Shown: in pieces, positions 11,750-22,928 of the stretch | Position numbering within the stretch: position 1 is the first letter of the stretch | Layout of the letters: each line of letters starts with the position of its first letter | Origin: Candidatus Poribacteria bacterium | GTDB taxonomy: Bacteria; Poribacteria; WGA-4E; JAJDTR01 | DNA length: 64,000 nt | Direction of reading: 5' to 3' | Assembly (NCBI GenBank): GCA_028820655.1 | Contig: JAPPIK010000014.1 | Span: forward strand, 271,079 to 335,078 | Notes under the pieces: generated by a model | The model's database searches: none | What the model was told of the DNA's origin: nothing | What the model saw: only the letters and a program-made list of their open reading frames with translations | Translations under genes and position numbers: made by a program

Positions 11750-12496
11750 TTGATAGTCACCATGTGCGTAGACGGCGTATTTAATCTAAACAAACCACCA
11801 GGAATGACCTCCAGACAAGCCGTCGATCGAGTGAAGCGTGTCTTGAAAGCACCGAAGGCTGGACACGGCGGCACATTGGATCCGGAGGCCACAGGGGTTT
11901 TACTCGTCTGCTTGGGAAAGGGGACGAAGCTGTTCGACCAATTACAACTGGGAACCAAGGAGTACGAGGGTACACTCAGGTTGGGGATTACGACGGACAC
12001 GCTTGATGCCAGCGGCAGAGTCCAAAGCGTGTCTGATGTCGGTCAAGTTACCCCGGAGAAGATTCGGGTTATCGCACAGCAGTTTGTAGGTGAGATTGTT
12101 CAGGCCGTTCCAATGTATTCGGCGGTGAAGTACAGGGGAAAACGACTGTACAAGCTGGCGCATCGCGGCGTTGAGTTGGAGGAACTGCCGAAGAGAACGG
12201 TTCACGTTCAATCCGTGGAAATTCTGTCGGTGCGCCTTCCAGATGTTCGATTCCGGGTGGTGTGTTCGAAGGGTACTTACATTCGAGTTCTCGCTGCGGA
12301 CATAGGGGCATCCCTCGGCTGCGGGGCTCATCTCACGCAATTGACTCGAACACGGTCAGGAAATTTCACGCTCGAATCATCTCATACACTTGAGTGGCTT
12401 GAGGAACAGCCACGGCGAGGCCACGAGGCGGTTGTGCCGGTGGATGCCGTGATTGAAACTAGCGACGGGGCATCGGCAGTCACGTGTTGCCGTTAG
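11750..12496 (+). CDS. truB: tRNA pseudouridine(55) synthase TruB
   Basis: Catalytic motif 'GHGGTLDPEATGVL'; TTG start at 11750 or ATG at 11762. Confidence 0.9.
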   Translation: MIVTMCVDGVFNLNKPPGMTSRQAVDRVKRVLKAPKAGHGGTLDPEATGVLLVCLGKGTKLFDQLQLGTKEYEGTLRLGITTDTLDASGRVQSVSDVGQVTPEKIRVIAQQFVGEIVQAVPMYSAVKYRGKRLYKLAHRGVELEELPKRTVHVQSVEILSVRLPDVRFRVVCSKGTYIRVLAADIGASLGCGAHLTQLTRTRSGNFTLESSHTLEWLEEQPRRGHEAVVPVDAVIETSDGASAVTCCR

Positions 12497-12619
12497 CTAG
12501 TTTTCCGCACCACAATCCTCATTCGGTTTTCAACACGAATCGGACTACAAAATCCCATCTTTAGTGTGCGTTCCGGGTCATGATTGGCATTTCCAATCCG
12601 AAGCCCTGGAGATTGAAGT

Positions 12620-13549
12620 TTGCAGATTTACTACAATTTGGAAGATATTCCTGTAACTGATAGGGACTCGGTTGTGACCTTCGGCGTGTTTGACGGACTG
12701 CATCTCGGTCACCAAGCTGTCATTCATCAGGTTGTTCGCGACGCAACCGCCGAAGATCTTTCGAGTACCGTGCTCGCGTTCCATCCCCACCCGATGGCGT
12801 TTCTCGCTCCCGAAAGATGCCCCCCGATCCTCACTCCTCGACGAAAACGACTTGAGCTTCTTGAGAGGTTGTCCGTCGACATGTCGATCTTTGTTCGATT
12901 CGACTCTTATTTGGCAGAAATGTCGCCCTGCACCTTTGTCCGAGAAGTGCTTGTCCGTAAATTGCGTGCACGGCAGGTCATTGTTGGATACGAATGCCAA
13001 TTTGGCAAGAATCGTGCGGGAAATGCAGAAGTCTTACGGACGTTAGGGGCGCAATTCAAATTCGATGTCACGATTATGCCTCCGACGATAGTTGACGAGG
13101 AACCTGTTCATAGTACTCGCGTTCGCAAAGCCGTGGTGGAAGGCGAGTTGGATTTCGTTATAAAGCTACTCGGAAGGCCTTACTCAATCATCGGTAGGGT
13201 TGTTCGAGGCGATGGACTAGGGCGCCAACTCGGATTCCCCACGGCGAATATCAACGACGAGAATCAGATTCATCCTCCAAACGGTGTTTATGCCATTCGG
13301 GCTAAACTAGAGAACAGGTTATATGGGGGAATACTAAATATGGGTATGCGGCCAACCGTCGATGGTTTGAATTATCAAATCGAAGCACACTTGTTCAACT
13401 TCAATGAGGATGTTTATGGCAGGGAGATTGAGATCTTTTTCATCAAAAAGGTCCGCGACGAACAGAAATTTCCGGACATGGATCGCCTCGTGAATCAGAT
13501 CAATCATGATGTCGAAATTGCACGAAGCATGCTAGATGCCGAGACGTGA
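12620..13549 (+). CDS. ribF: Bifunctional riboflavin kinase / FAD synthetase
   Basis: 'GVFDGLHLGHQ' nucleotidyltransferase motif and C-terminal riboflavin-kinase domain; TTG start. Confidence 0.9.
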   Translation: MQIYYNLEDIPVTDRDSVVTFGVFDGLHLGHQAVIHQVVRDATAEDLSSTVLAFHPHPMAFLAPERCPPILTPRRKRLELLERLSVDMSIFVRFDSYLAEMSPCTFVREVLVRKLRARQVIVGYECQFGKNRAGNAEVLRTLGAQFKFDVTIMPPTIVDEEPVHSTRVRKAVVEGELDFVIKLLGRPYSIIGRVVRGDGLGRQLGFPTANINDENQIHPPNGVYAIRAKLENRLYGGILNMGMRPTVDGLNYQIEAHLFNFNEDVYGREIEIFFIKKVRDEQKFPDMDRLVNQINHDVEIARSMLDAET

Positions 13550-13729
13550 AAAAGGTAATGGCGTATTTTTGATGTCAATTCCGTGCATATATGCGGAATC
13601 GGCGATGTCTGGCGACAGAAAAGAAACTTGCCGAAGGGAAATCGGATGGAAAATGGACGATTTGATATTCACAGATGTCCCACTGTTAGAATTCCATGCG
13701 ATTGCGATTTTGGCGCCGGAACTTTCCCT

Positions 13730-13758
13730 TTCGCAATTTTGACTGCGTGTGATATAAT
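13730..13758 (+). promoter_or_regulatory. Putative rpsO promoter: -35 TTCGCA, 17-bp spacer, extended -10 TGaTATAAT (13750-13758)
   Basis: Read from sequence; followed by leader and aaggagg RBS 8 nt before rpsO ATG. Confidence 0.45.
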
Positions 13759-13815
13759 AGGGATCAACTATGTAGAGAGAAGTGAAGAATCTACTGAATA
13801 AGGAGGTGAATCTAG

Positions 13816-14106
13816 ATGGCACTCAGCGCGGAACAGAAGGAAGAACTGATCCAAACACACAGGAAGCACGATAAGGATACCGGGTCGCCAGAAGCACAAG
13901 TGGCACTCATTAACGCTCGGATACGACAATTGACCGACCATTTTCGCACGCACAGAAAAGACCATCATTCGAGGTACGGACTCTTCAAACTTGTGGGAAA
14001 ACAACGTCGATTATTACGCTACCTTTATAAGAAGGACAGTCAACGATATTATCAACTTATCAATCAACTCGGAATACGGGACACACTAGGATCGAGAGGG
14101 AATTGA
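13816..14106 (+). CDS. rpsO: 30S ribosomal protein S15
   Basis: S15 signature 'GSPEAQVALIN.RI..LT.HF..H.KDHHSRYGL'; classic rpsO-pnp synteny. Confidence 0.9.
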   Translation: MALSAEQKEELIQTHRKHDKDTGSPEAQVALINARIRQLTDHFRTHRKDHHSRYGLFKLVGKQRRLLRYLYKKDSQRYYQLINQLGIRDTLGSRGN

Positions 14107-14140
14107 CCATCCACCGTAGGAGTGTTGAGGAGGAAAAATA

Positions 14141-16396
14141 GTGAAAGTAGAAATGCAACTTGGAGGTGAGCAACTTTCAATTGAAACAGGGAAGGTTGCC
14201 AAGCAGGCAGATGGAGCTGTCTGGGTACAGTACGGTGGAACGGTCGTCTTAGTGACAGTCGTTGCCGAAACGAGAGAAAGCAACCTCGATTTTTTTCCGC
14301 TAACGGTAGATTATCGAGAACGCGCTTATGCCGCAGGACGTATTCCAACGGTTTATGGTCGGCGTGAACCGCGCCCCGGGGTAGGAGAGCAGTTGGTCTC
14401 GCGATTAATCGACCATTGCATACGGCCTTTGTTTCCTAAGGATTTTAAGGCGGAGGTACAAATTTTATGCAACGTTCTTTCTTCAGATCAGGTGCATCCG
14501 GCTGATGTACCAGCGTTGATTGGGACTTCGGCGGCTCTATGCATCTCGGATGTACCTTTCAGTGGTCCCGTTGGAGCAGTTACCGTCGGCAAGTTAGATG
14601 GATCTTTGGTTATCAATCCGGTCTATGAACAATTGGAACCGGCGGAAATGGAACTTTTCGTCAGCGGTACTGCGGACGCGGTAATGTCCGTCGAAGGGGG
14701 CGGCCACGAGATTCCAGAGGACGAGGTGATCGACACAATCAATGTAGCGCATGAGGAGATTAAAGAGATCATCAGGTTGCAAGAGGGTTTAATCGCCCTC
14801 TGTGGGAAACCGACTCGTGAATACCAAACGAAAGAAATTGGTGAAGCGCTAAACACTCGAATTCGTAGCCTCGCTACGTCAAAGATTCGGGAATCAATCG
14901 GCATGGAGGACAAGAAAACCCGCGAGGATTATCTGGAGCAAGTCCAGGTAGATGTTCTTTCGGAAATCCTTGATGCCGATGTTGAAGAGGAAGACGTTGT
15001 CGCACTGGAGAAGGATACCATTTCCATATTGGGTGACATCGAAAAAGAGCAAATGCGCCAATCTATTCTGGATGAAGGAAAGCGAGTTGACGGGCGCAGC
15101 ACTACAGACATTCGGCAGATCTCGGGAGAGGTGTCGGTGCTTCCGAGGACACACGGGTCCTCGCTTTTCACCCGCGGACAGACGCAAGCTCTATGCGTGA
15201 CGACACTCGGAACGGCCGGTGATGAAGACTTGCAACGCCGACTTGATGGTGAAACGAGACATTCGTTTTTCCTTCACTACAATTTTCCTCCATTTAGCAC
15301 CGGCGAGGTAAAGCGAATGATGGGTCCCGGTCGACGCGAGATAGGTCACGGATCGCTTGCCGAAAAAGCCATAGAACCGGTGATTCCGTCCAAAGACGAT
15401 TTTCGCTACACGATTCGAGTTGTGTCCGAAATTCTTGAATCGAACGCCTCGTCATCGATGGCGTCCGTTTGCGGCGCGACTTTGGCGCTTATGGACGCTG
15501 GCGTCCCTATCACGAAACCTGTAGCCGGGATTGGTGTTGGATTAATCAAGGAAGGCGATCAGGAAGTCATTCTGACGGATATGCTTGGTACCGAAGATTT
15601 CCTCGGAGATATGGATTTCAAAGTTGCCGGGACTCGTGACGGTGTTACGGCGATTCAGATGGACATAAAGATTGACGGGGTTACTCCGGACTTGATGAAG
15701 AGGGCTATCTATCAAGCGCGAGATGGGCGTTTAGCCGTGCTTGACAGTATGAGCCAGGTAATTACCGAACCTCGTGCGGATATCTCCGTGTATGCGCCGC
15801 GCATTTACAACATTCAGATTTCTCCGAACAAAATCAAGGATCTCATTGGACCGCGCGGTAAGGTTATTCAAACCATTCAGGAAGAGACAAACACCACGGT
15901 AAACGTTGAAGACAGCGGCAACGTCGAAATTGCGGCAACGAGCGCCGAGGCGGCGAACAAGGCGGAGGAGATGATCCGCGAAGTTACCGCTATGCCCGAG
16001 GTCGGCAAAGAATACAACGGGAAAGTTGTACGAACGACGACTTTCGGAGCTTTTGTCGAGATTCTTCCCGGTCAGGATGGGTTGGTGCACATATCGCAAA
16101 TGGGCGATGGATACGTCCGAAAAGTGGAAGACGTGATGCAGGTCGGGGATGAGGTCACCGTTAGCGTAATAACAATTGATGACCAGGGACGGGTAGATCT
16201 TGCTCTTGCCGGTGCAAGTGCAGAGCTGTCTTCAAAAGAGTCCTCAGCAGGCGAAGGTGATCGTGGTGAATCCCGCGATGCCGATCGAGCACGTTCTTCC
16301 TCACGCGACTCTCGAAGCAACCGACCCGGGCGCGGTGAGAATTCGCGTGAATCTCGCAACCGGCGATCACCGCGAATTCCCAAGGGCCGTTTCTAG
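14141..16396 (+). CDS. pnp: Polyribonucleotide nucleotidyltransferase (PNPase) with Arg/Ser/Asp-rich C-terminal tail
   Basis: Two RNase PH domains, KH and S1 domains; GTG start 7 nt after gaggagg; 751 aa. Confidence 0.95.
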   Translation: MKVEMQLGGEQLSIETGKVAKQADGAVWVQYGGTVVLVTVVAETRESNLDFFPLTVDYRERAYAAGRIPTVYGRREPRPGVGEQLVSRLIDHCIRPLFPKDFKAEVQILCNVLSSDQVHPADVPALIGTSAALCISDVPFSGPVGAVTVGKLDGSLVINPVYEQLEPAEMELFVSGTADAVMSVEGGGHEIPEDEVIDTINVAHEEIKEIIRLQEGLIALCGKPTREYQTKEIGEALNTRIRSLATSKIRESIGMEDKKTREDYLEQVQVDVLSEILDADVEEEDVVALEKDTISILGDIEKEQMRQSILDEGKRVDGRSTTDIRQISGEVSVLPRTHGSSLFTRGQTQALCVTTLGTAGDEDLQRRLDGETRHSFFLHYNFPPFSTGEVKRMMGPGRREIGHGSLAEKAIEPVIPSKDDFRYTIRVVSEILESNASSSMASVCGATLALMDAGVPITKPVAGIGVGLIKEGDQEVILTDMLGTEDFLGDMDFKVAGTRDGVTAIQMDIKIDGVTPDLMKRAIYQARDGRLAVLDSMSQVITEPRADISVYAPRIYNIQISPNKIKDLIGPRGKVIQTIQEETNTTVNVEDSGNVEIAATSAEAANKAEEMIREVTAMPEVGKEYNGKVVRTTTFGAFVEILPGQDGLVHISQMGDGYVRKVEDVMQVGDEVTVSVITIDDQGRVDLALAGASAELSSKESSAGEGDRGESRDADRARSSSRDSRSNRPGRGENSRESRNRRSPRIPKGRF

Positions 16397-16436
16397 GAGT
16401 TTACTGACGAAAACCGAGTATCGAGATATTTTTCCG

Positions 16437-16763
16437 ATGCAGACACGATACCGCAATCCCAGGAAATCTCGCCGATCCAAAGGCGATTTATTGGATCAGA
16501 AATGGTTAACCTATCTCTTGGTGTTGATATTGATTGCGTTGATTGGAATTTTTGTTGCGTCGTTGCGATATCAAGACGCTCTTGTCCGGTACGCGAAAGA
16601 CTTTGTACAACAAGCAAAGGATGCAGTCTCCGCCAGTCTCGGATTGAAAGCGATGCCTAGGGAAATAGAGAATGGAGGCATCGTGGACCGATTGACAGTA
16701 CTACCCGATACTGCGTCACCCAAACCGTACAGATTCTCTCCTCTCGATTTTCTCCTTCATTAG
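16437..16763 (+). CDS. Hypothetical small single-TM membrane protein
   Basis: ATG after pnp stop; basic N-terminus then hydrophobic helix 'WLTYLLVLILIALIGIFVA'; no recognised family. Confidence 0.35.
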   Translation: MQTRYRNPRKSRRSKGDLLDQKWLTYLLVLILIALIGIFVASLRYQDALVRYAKDFVQQAKDAVSASLGLKAMPREIENGGIVDRLTVLPDTASPKPYRFSPLDFLLH

Positions 16764-16822
16764 CTGCCTGCAATGGATGCAAGTCGGTCGCCATTGAAAA
16801 ATACGCACTATAGGGCTGGCTT

Positions 16823-17338
16823 ATGTACGCTAAATTCCTCAACCGGTGTTCACCTATCTTGATGTGCCTCGTGCTAGGATGCGGGTACGTTTCAACCTCC
16901 TCCTATCTCGAACACATCAAGACCGTCCAAATTGCTCCGGTCCAAATCGAGGACTCCGATATTGTATACGATGTCCAGTCCGATCGACCTTATGATGAGA
17001 TTCTTCAGGAAAAACTGACAAAGCGCTTTACCCGCAAGTGGCGCGATGGGAACGACGCATTGCTTGAAGTAAGAATCTTGGACTATGATCTGAGAGAGGT
17101 TGACTTCGGAGCAACCAATCAAGCGGAAAAGTTGCGCATGAGTTTGCAGGTTGATTATAGGTTTTTGGACCGTGTCAACAACAAGATAATCGATCAGGAC
17201 GATAGTTATTTTCAAGTTCTTGATTTCTTTGTCGTGTCCGGAAGAGATGAAGAACCCAAATCGGTGCAACAAGCACGTACCGAAATCTTTGATGAGTTTG
17301 TTGACGATCTGTTTCAACAACTCGCGGAACAATGGTAA
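16823..17338 (+). CDS. Putative lipoprotein (weakly LptE-like)
   Basis: Signal peptide with lipobox 'LVLGCGY'; size and beta-rich pattern after Cys reminiscent of LptE. Confidence 0.4.
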   Translation: MYAKFLNRCSPILMCLVLGCGYVSTSSYLEHIKTVQIAPVQIEDSDIVYDVQSDRPYDEILQEKLTKRFTRKWRDGNDALLEVRILDYDLREVDFGATNQAEKLRMSLQVDYRFLDRVNNKIIDQDDSYFQVLDFFVVSGRDEEPKSVQQARTEIFDEFVDDLFQQLAEQW

Positions 17339-18372
17339 AATTTAAGGGATGCCGGTGGATCAAGCCGGTGCGTGCAATTGCCCTCGCATGTTTCATGGCG
17401 TATCTCCCTTCCTGCAGTGCCGACCGAGAGAATTACACCGTTCTCGTACGGGAAGGGCACTACCTTTATGGTGTATGGAACATACATTCTGAGAAAGCTG
17501 CGACAAAATTCATCCATCAGATGACTCAGGCGGGTGTCGAGGAAAACCTGCAAATCCTTCCCTTACCGATCGAAACTTCTCTTAAATCCGCAGACTTGCT
17601 ACCCACCAATGGTGCAGTTTCCGACTGGATTAGATCGCGCGAACCAAGCGGGTATACCGCGGAGAACCTATACCACGACACGCTTGGAGGACAGCCTGAA
17701 CTGTATCGTTCTTACGGCGTGATTCGACAAGCCGAAGTGGAATTCCAGACGCCTTTGCTCGGCTCTTACCCCTTGATTCGAGTAGAAATTTTCGACATGG
17801 GCACACCGGAGAGCGCTTTCGGGATTTATAGTTTCAACCTGTATCCGGAAGCGGAATCTGAATGGATCGGCAACCGAGCTGTCATTACCGGAAAATTTCT
17901 GCGATTCTGGAAAGGGAAGTATTTCGTCGAGATTGAAGGATATGAATTTGCCACAAAGGTTGAGGAAGGAATGGTTAAATTAGCAGAGGTGATTGCTAAT
18001 AGCATTGAAGACCCGCCATCAAAACCGCACCTTCTGACATTACTTCCCCCCAACAGAATCCCGCACAGTGTGAAATTCTTTCGCGACGATGCGACTCTAC
18101 GAAAAATCTATAGTTTTCTGCCAAGCGATGGCCTTCAGTTGGGTGCCAATGCAACTGGCGTTTCCGCCTCCTATGCCGACACGGAGAACAGCAATGAGCA
18201 TTGGACTGAAACAGCAGTTGCCTTCCTAATACGTTATCCCAACGAGTCGGCGGCGAGCGATGCCTACAGAAGCTATGGGGATTATCTTGAAGGTTACGCC
18301 GCTTCTGTCAGCAAGCTTGAACACGGAGGGGTTGTTGTCCAGCAACCACAAAAATCCAATTCATCAAATTGA
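17332..18372 (+). CDS. Hypothetical secreted/lipoprotein
   Basis: N-terminal signal sequence ending 'YLPSCSAD'; no recognised domain; 346 aa. Confidence 0.45.
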   Translation: MVKFKGCRWIKPVRAIALACFMAYLPSCSADRENYTVLVREGHYLYGVWNIHSEKAATKFIHQMTQAGVEENLQILPLPIETSLKSADLLPTNGAVSDWIRSREPSGYTAENLYHDTLGGQPELYRSYGVIRQAEVEFQTPLLGSYPLIRVEIFDMGTPESAFGIYSFNLYPEAESEWIGNRAVITGKFLRFWKGKYFVEIEGYEFATKVEEGMVKLAEVIANSIEDPPSKPHLLTLLPPNRIPHSVKFFRDDATLRKIYSFLPSDGLQLGANATGVSASYADTENSNEHWTETAVAFLIRYPNESAASDAYRSYGDYLEGYAASVSKLEHGGVVVQQPQKSNSSN

Positions 18373-18441
18373 ATTTACCGCCTGATGCAACACAGGAGTT
18401 CGTTGTTTTGTTAATTGTTGCATTATTTTCCTTGGATCGCC

Positions 18442-19539
18442 ATGTCGGACAATCTGAAGCAAACCCCTCTCGTTGAAATCCACAAACAGCTCGGTGCGCG
18501 GATGACTGGATTTGGCGGCTGGGAAATGCCGATCCAATACAGTAGCATAGTTGCGGAACATAAAGCAGTCAGGTCCAATGTAGGCATATTTGATTTGTCT
18601 CACATGGGAGAGATTGAGATCAGAGGTGCCAGAGCGCTTTCCCTGATTCAAAAACTCGTCACCAATGATGTCTCAAAACTCCGCAATGGAAGAGCTCTGT
18701 ATTCTCCGATGTGTACGGAATCGGGCGGGATTGTGGACGATGTTCTCGTGTATCGCTTTACCGCATCTCGGTACATGCTGGTCGTGAACGCCTCGAATAT
18801 CGATAAGGATTGCGATTGGGTTCATTCTCACAACAAAAACGGAGCAGAGATTTGCAATGTAAGTGATGAAACCGTATTGATCGCATTGCAGGGCAAGAAT
18901 GCTAGAACTATTCTTCAGCGGCTAACGGATGTCGACATCTCAACAATCGACTACTTTGCGTTCACGGAGGGTAAGGTTGATGGCATTCCGGTCGTCATCT
19001 CGAGGACGGGATATACAGGTGAGGTCGGATTCGAGATATATGTTGAAACGAATTACGGCGAAGAAGTGTGGAACACACTGCATGCCGCCACGACAAGTGA
19101 AGGTGGAGAACCTATCGGTCTTGGCGCGAGGGATACGCTGCGCCTAGAAATGAAATTCTGTCTGTACGGGAACGACATTGACGAATCCACGACGCCGCTA
19201 GAAGCCGGTCTCGGCTGGACCGTAGCATTTCGCAAGGGGGAATTCATCGGGTCGGACGCATTGACCCGACAGAACGAGGAGGGAATCAAACGACACCTCA
19301 GAGGATTCAAAATGCTGGATCGCGGCATTGCACGGTCACACCACAAAGTGTATCATGGGAATGCGCCTGTTGGGGAAGTTACCAGCGGCGCTCCGTCACC
19401 AAGCCTAGGTTGCAACATCGGCCTCGCGTACTTGCCGACAGAATGGAGCAAGAGACATACGAGCATCAATGTCGAGATTCGGGGGAAACGCCACCCCGCC
19501 GAGGTGGTAGCAACCCCCTTTTATAAGTCATCAAATTAA
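18442..19539 (+). CDS. gcvT: Glycine cleavage system aminomethyltransferase T
   Basis: 'TPL...H..LGA.M..FGGWEMP.QY' N-terminus typical of GcvT; ATG 18442 preferred over upstream ORF start. Confidence 0.9.
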   Translation: MSDNLKQTPLVEIHKQLGARMTGFGGWEMPIQYSSIVAEHKAVRSNVGIFDLSHMGEIEIRGARALSLIQKLVTNDVSKLRNGRALYSPMCTESGGIVDDVLVYRFTASRYMLVVNASNIDKDCDWVHSHNKNGAEICNVSDETVLIALQGKNARTILQRLTDVDISTIDYFAFTEGKVDGIPVVISRTGYTGEVGFEIYVETNYGEEVWNTLHAATTSEGGEPIGLGARDTLRLEMKFCLYGNDIDESTTPLEAGLGWTVAFRKGEFIGSDALTRQNEEGIKRHLRGFKMLDRGIARSHHKVYHGNAPVGEVTSGAPSPSLGCNIGLAYLPTEWSKRHTSINVEIRGKRHPAEVVATPFYKSSN

Positions 19540-19582
19540 GCGTTACTCAATGTGAACTTTCAAGAAAAAGTCAGGAGATTGG

Positions 19583-19972
19583 ATGTTTCCCGCAGAATTA
19601 AAGTATATGGAGAGTCACGAATGGGCAAAAAGCGAGGGAGACCTGATTACAGTAGGCGTCTCGGATTATGCTCAACAAGAGATTCAAGATATTGTCTACG
19701 TTGAACTTCCAGAAATCGGTCAGAAGCTTGAACAGAAGAAGGAATTTGCAGTCATAGAATCTGTCAAGGCTGCGTTCGACATCTACGCTCCCGCCAGCGG
19801 TGAGGTTGTTGAAATCAACGTGGAACTTGAGGACACCCCGGAATGTATCAACGAAGATCCCTACGGGGCGGGGTGGATCATCAAGATTCACTTGAGCAAT
19901 CCCGGTGAGTTAGACAACCTTATGTCTGTCGATGAATATCGGGCGAAGATTGAGGCGGAAGCGGAAGCGTAG
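19583..19972 (+). CDS. gcvH: Glycine cleavage system H protein (lipoyl carrier)
   Basis: 'ESVKAA.D.YAP.SGEV.E.N' lipoyl-lysine region; RBS aggag 5 nt upstream. Confidence 0.9.
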   Translation: MFPAELKYMESHEWAKSEGDLITVGVSDYAQQEIQDIVYVELPEIGQKLEQKKEFAVIESVKAAFDIYAPASGEVVEINVELEDTPECINEDPYGAGWIIKIHLSNPGELDNLMSVDEYRAKIEAEAEA

Positions 19973-19973
19973 G

Positions 19974-22877
19974 ATGGATTCAACGAGAGAAAAAGCCGCG
20001 CGAGCCCTCGATTTTACCGATAGATTCGTGAATCGTCACATTGGTCCTCAGCCAGGCGACATTGAACAGATGTTGGAAAAGGTTGGATACGACTCGCTTC
20101 AGACATTCATTGAGGATATTATCCCATCTGACATCCGCCTCAATCAGCCGCTGAATATCGGTCCAGGATATACCGAACACGAAGCCTTGCGGCTTTTAAG
20201 TGATATTGCCTCGCGGAACGAGGTGTATCGATCATTCATCGGAATGGGCTACTATAACTGTATCCTTCCGCCGGTAATTCAACGGAACATACTTGAAAAC
20301 CCCGGCTGGTACACGGCATACACCCCGTATCAAGCGGAAATCTCGCAAGGACGTCTAGAAGCTCTACTAAATTTTCAGACGATGATTATCGATCTTTGCG
20401 GGTTGCCGGTCGCCAATGCCTCGCTTCTTGACGAGGCAACCGCCGCGGCTGAAGCCATGGGGATGTGCCTTGCCGCAACGAAGCATCGGAAAACACCGGC
20501 GTTTTTCATATCGGAAACCTGCCATCCACAGACAATCGCCGTCCTCCAAACGCGCGCCGAATCAATGGGAATTGAGTTGGTTCTCGACGATCATCGCAAC
20601 GCCCAATTTCATCAACCTATTGTGGGGGCAATTGTGCAATATCCTGCCAGTGACGGGGTGATTCACGATTATCGTGGTTTCGCCGAACAGGTTCATGAGG
20701 CAGGAGGATTGCTTATTACTGCGACCGATCTTCTCGCCTTGACTCTTATCCTTCCCCCCGGCGAGTTTGGCGCGGATATTGCGATTGGATCGGCGCAGAG
20801 GTTTGGGGTTCCTATGGGTTACGGCGGTCCGCACGCCGCCTTCTTGGCTACAAAAGAGAAATTCAAGCGCAGCGTGCCCGGACGAATTGCCGGACTTTCG
20901 CAGGACACCGAGGGAGTACCTGCAATTCGGCTTGCACTTCAGACTCGAGAACAACACATCCGCAGGGAGAAAGCCACGAGCAATATCTGCACAGCGCAAG
21001 TGCTGTTAGCCGTGATGGCGAGCATGTACGCCGTTTACCACGGTCCGGTAGGGCTGCGCCGGATTGCGAAACGTGTTCATAAACTGACCGCGATCTTGCG
21101 GCGAGGACTAGAATCGTTGCAATACAAAATTTGCAACGGTGTGTTCTTTGATACAATCAGTGTCGATCTTGGTTCTGCCAACCTAGACCGGCTGTTGGAC
21201 GCGGCTCGCGGGATGAAGATGAACCTCAGAGTGTTTGACCGCAGCCGCGTCGGTATGTCGCTTGACGAGGCGACTACCGCTAAGGATGTGCAAGACTTAC
21301 TTGAAATTTTCGCGCTTGGAGGCAGACAGGCGGCTAAATTTGAGAGTTTGACCTTGGATGGCGCCGTCTCGAATACGGAGATTCCGACACGGTTGCAGCG
21401 AACTACCCAGTATCTTTCACACCCCGTCTTTAACAGCTACCATTCAGAGACGGAGATGTCGAGGTACATCCACAAACTTCAGGCGAAAGACCTCTCTCTT
21501 ATTCACTCAATGATACCGTTGGGCTCCTGCACGATGAAATTGAACGCGACTACCGAGATGATTCCAGTGTCTTGGGACGAGTTCTCGCAGATTCATCCGT
21601 TTGCGCCCCGCAAGCAGACGATCGGATATCAAACACTGTTTTCACAACTTGAATCGTGGCTCTCCGAAATCACGGGATTTGCCGGTGTCTCCTTACAGCC
21701 TAACGCGGGATCTCAAGGGGAATATACCGGGCTTTTGGTGATTCGCAAATATCATCGGAGTCGAGGTGAAGGACATCGAAATGTCTGCTTAGTCCCCAGA
21801 TCCGCGCATGGGACGAATCCTGCGAGCGCAGTCATGGCGGGTATGAAGGTCGTCGCAATTGATTGCGACGATGCGGGAAACATTCATCTTTTCGACCTAA
21901 GAAGAAAGAGCGAGGAGCACAGTCGTAATCTAGCGGCTTCCATGATTACGTATCCTTCCACTCACGGTGTGTTCGAGGAGGGCATCCGGCAAATCTGCGA
22001 CATTGTGCATCAACACGGTGGGCAGGTCTATATGGATGGCGCGAATATGAACGCGATGGTGGGCTTGTGCCGCCCGGGAGATTTCGGGCCGGATGTATGC
22101 CATCTGAATCTACACAAAACATTCTGTATTCCGCATGGCGGCGGCGGTCCCGGAATGGGACCCATCGGAGTGAAGGAACATCTAACTCGCTTCCTCCCGA
22201 CGCATCCACTTGTGTGCGTGGGTGGAGAGGACGGTGTGGGAGCGATTTCCGGCGCGCCGTGGGGTAGTCCGAGTATTCTCCCGATTTCATGGGCATACAT
22301 CGCCATGATGGGGAATGAAGGTTTGAAGAGAGCCAGTGAAGTGGCTATTCTAAACGCCAACTATGTTGCGAAGTGTTTGGAACCGCATTATTCGGTGCTC
22401 TATAAGGGGAGTCACGGGCTGGTGGCACACGAATGCATTGTCGATCTTCGAGGTGTAAAGAGTGCCACCGGTGTCGGGGTCGCCGACATCGCTAAACGCC
22501 TGATGGATTACGGTTTTCATGCACCGACGGTATCGTGGCCGGTTAACGAAACCATGATGATTGAACCCACGGAGAGCGAATCCAAACAGGAATTGGATCG
22601 GTTTTGCGAAGCACTGATTTCTATTCGCCAAGAGATTGCAGAAATCGAAAATGGGCAAGCGGATCGCTCGGATAATGTCCTCAAAAATGCGCCTCATACG
22701 GCATTCCACGTTACACAATCGGAGTGGACGCACGGTTACTCACGGGAAAAAGCGGCGTTCCCCGCATCTTGGACTCACGGAAGTAAGTACTGGCCACCAG
22801 TGTCGCGGGTCGATGAAGTACATGGAGATCGAACACTGATCTGCGCTTGTCCTCCTATTGACTCATATGGCAGTTGA
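19974..22877 (+). CDS. gcvP: Glycine dehydrogenase (decarboxylating), single-chain P protein
   Basis: ~968 aa, two PLP-dependent halves; start ATG immediately after gcvH stop. Confidence 0.95.
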   Translation: MDSTREKAARALDFTDRFVNRHIGPQPGDIEQMLEKVGYDSLQTFIEDIIPSDIRLNQPLNIGPGYTEHEALRLLSDIASRNEVYRSFIGMGYYNCILPPVIQRNILENPGWYTAYTPYQAEISQGRLEALLNFQTMIIDLCGLPVANASLLDEATAAAEAMGMCLAATKHRKTPAFFISETCHPQTIAVLQTRAESMGIELVLDDHRNAQFHQPIVGAIVQYPASDGVIHDYRGFAEQVHEAGGLLITATDLLALTLILPPGEFGADIAIGSAQRFGVPMGYGGPHAAFLATKEKFKRSVPGRIAGLSQDTEGVPAIRLALQTREQHIRREKATSNICTAQVLLAVMASMYAVYHGPVGLRRIAKRVHKLTAILRRGLESLQYKICNGVFFDTISVDLGSANLDRLLDAARGMKMNLRVFDRSRVGMSLDEATTAKDVQDLLEIFALGGRQAAKFESLTLDGAVSNTEIPTRLQRTTQYLSHPVFNSYHSETEMSRYIHKLQAKDLSLIHSMIPLGSCTMKLNATTEMIPVSWDEFSQIHPFAPRKQTIGYQTLFSQLESWLSEITGFAGVSLQPNAGSQGEYTGLLVIRKYHRSRGEGHRNVCLVPRSAHGTNPASAVMAGMKVVAIDCDDAGNIHLFDLRRKSEEHSRNLAASMITYPSTHGVFEEGIRQICDIVHQHGGQVYMDGANMNAMVGLCRPGDFGPDVCHLNLHKTFCIPHGGGGPGMGPIGVKEHLTRFLPTHPLVCVGGEDGVGAISGAPWGSPSILPISWAYIAMMGNEGLKRASEVAILNANYVAKCLEPHYSVLYKGSHGLVAHECIVDLRGVKSATGVGVADIAKRLMDYGFHAPTVSWPVNETMMIEPTESESKQELDRFCEALISIRQEIAEIENGQADRSDNVLKNAPHTAFHVTQSEWTHGYSREKAAFPASWTHGSKYWPPVSRVDEVHGDRTLICACPPIDSYGS

Positions 22878-22928
22878 AGTGGCGGATTCATCATAATGGA
22901 TTCAGTGTTGATGTAGTCGGCTAACCAG

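Noticed and set aside
16200-16436. N-terminal 79 codons of the 187-aa ORF overlapping the pnp 3' end
   Set aside because: It overlaps the PNPase reading frame region. A plausible ATG at 16437 lies right after the pnp stop, so only the downstream 108-aa part was annotated.
18373-18441. Glycine riboswitch upstream of gcvT
   Set aside because: The spacer is only ~70 nt. It lacks the tandem aptamer hallmarks (GGAGAG ... CACCG), so no riboswitch was called.
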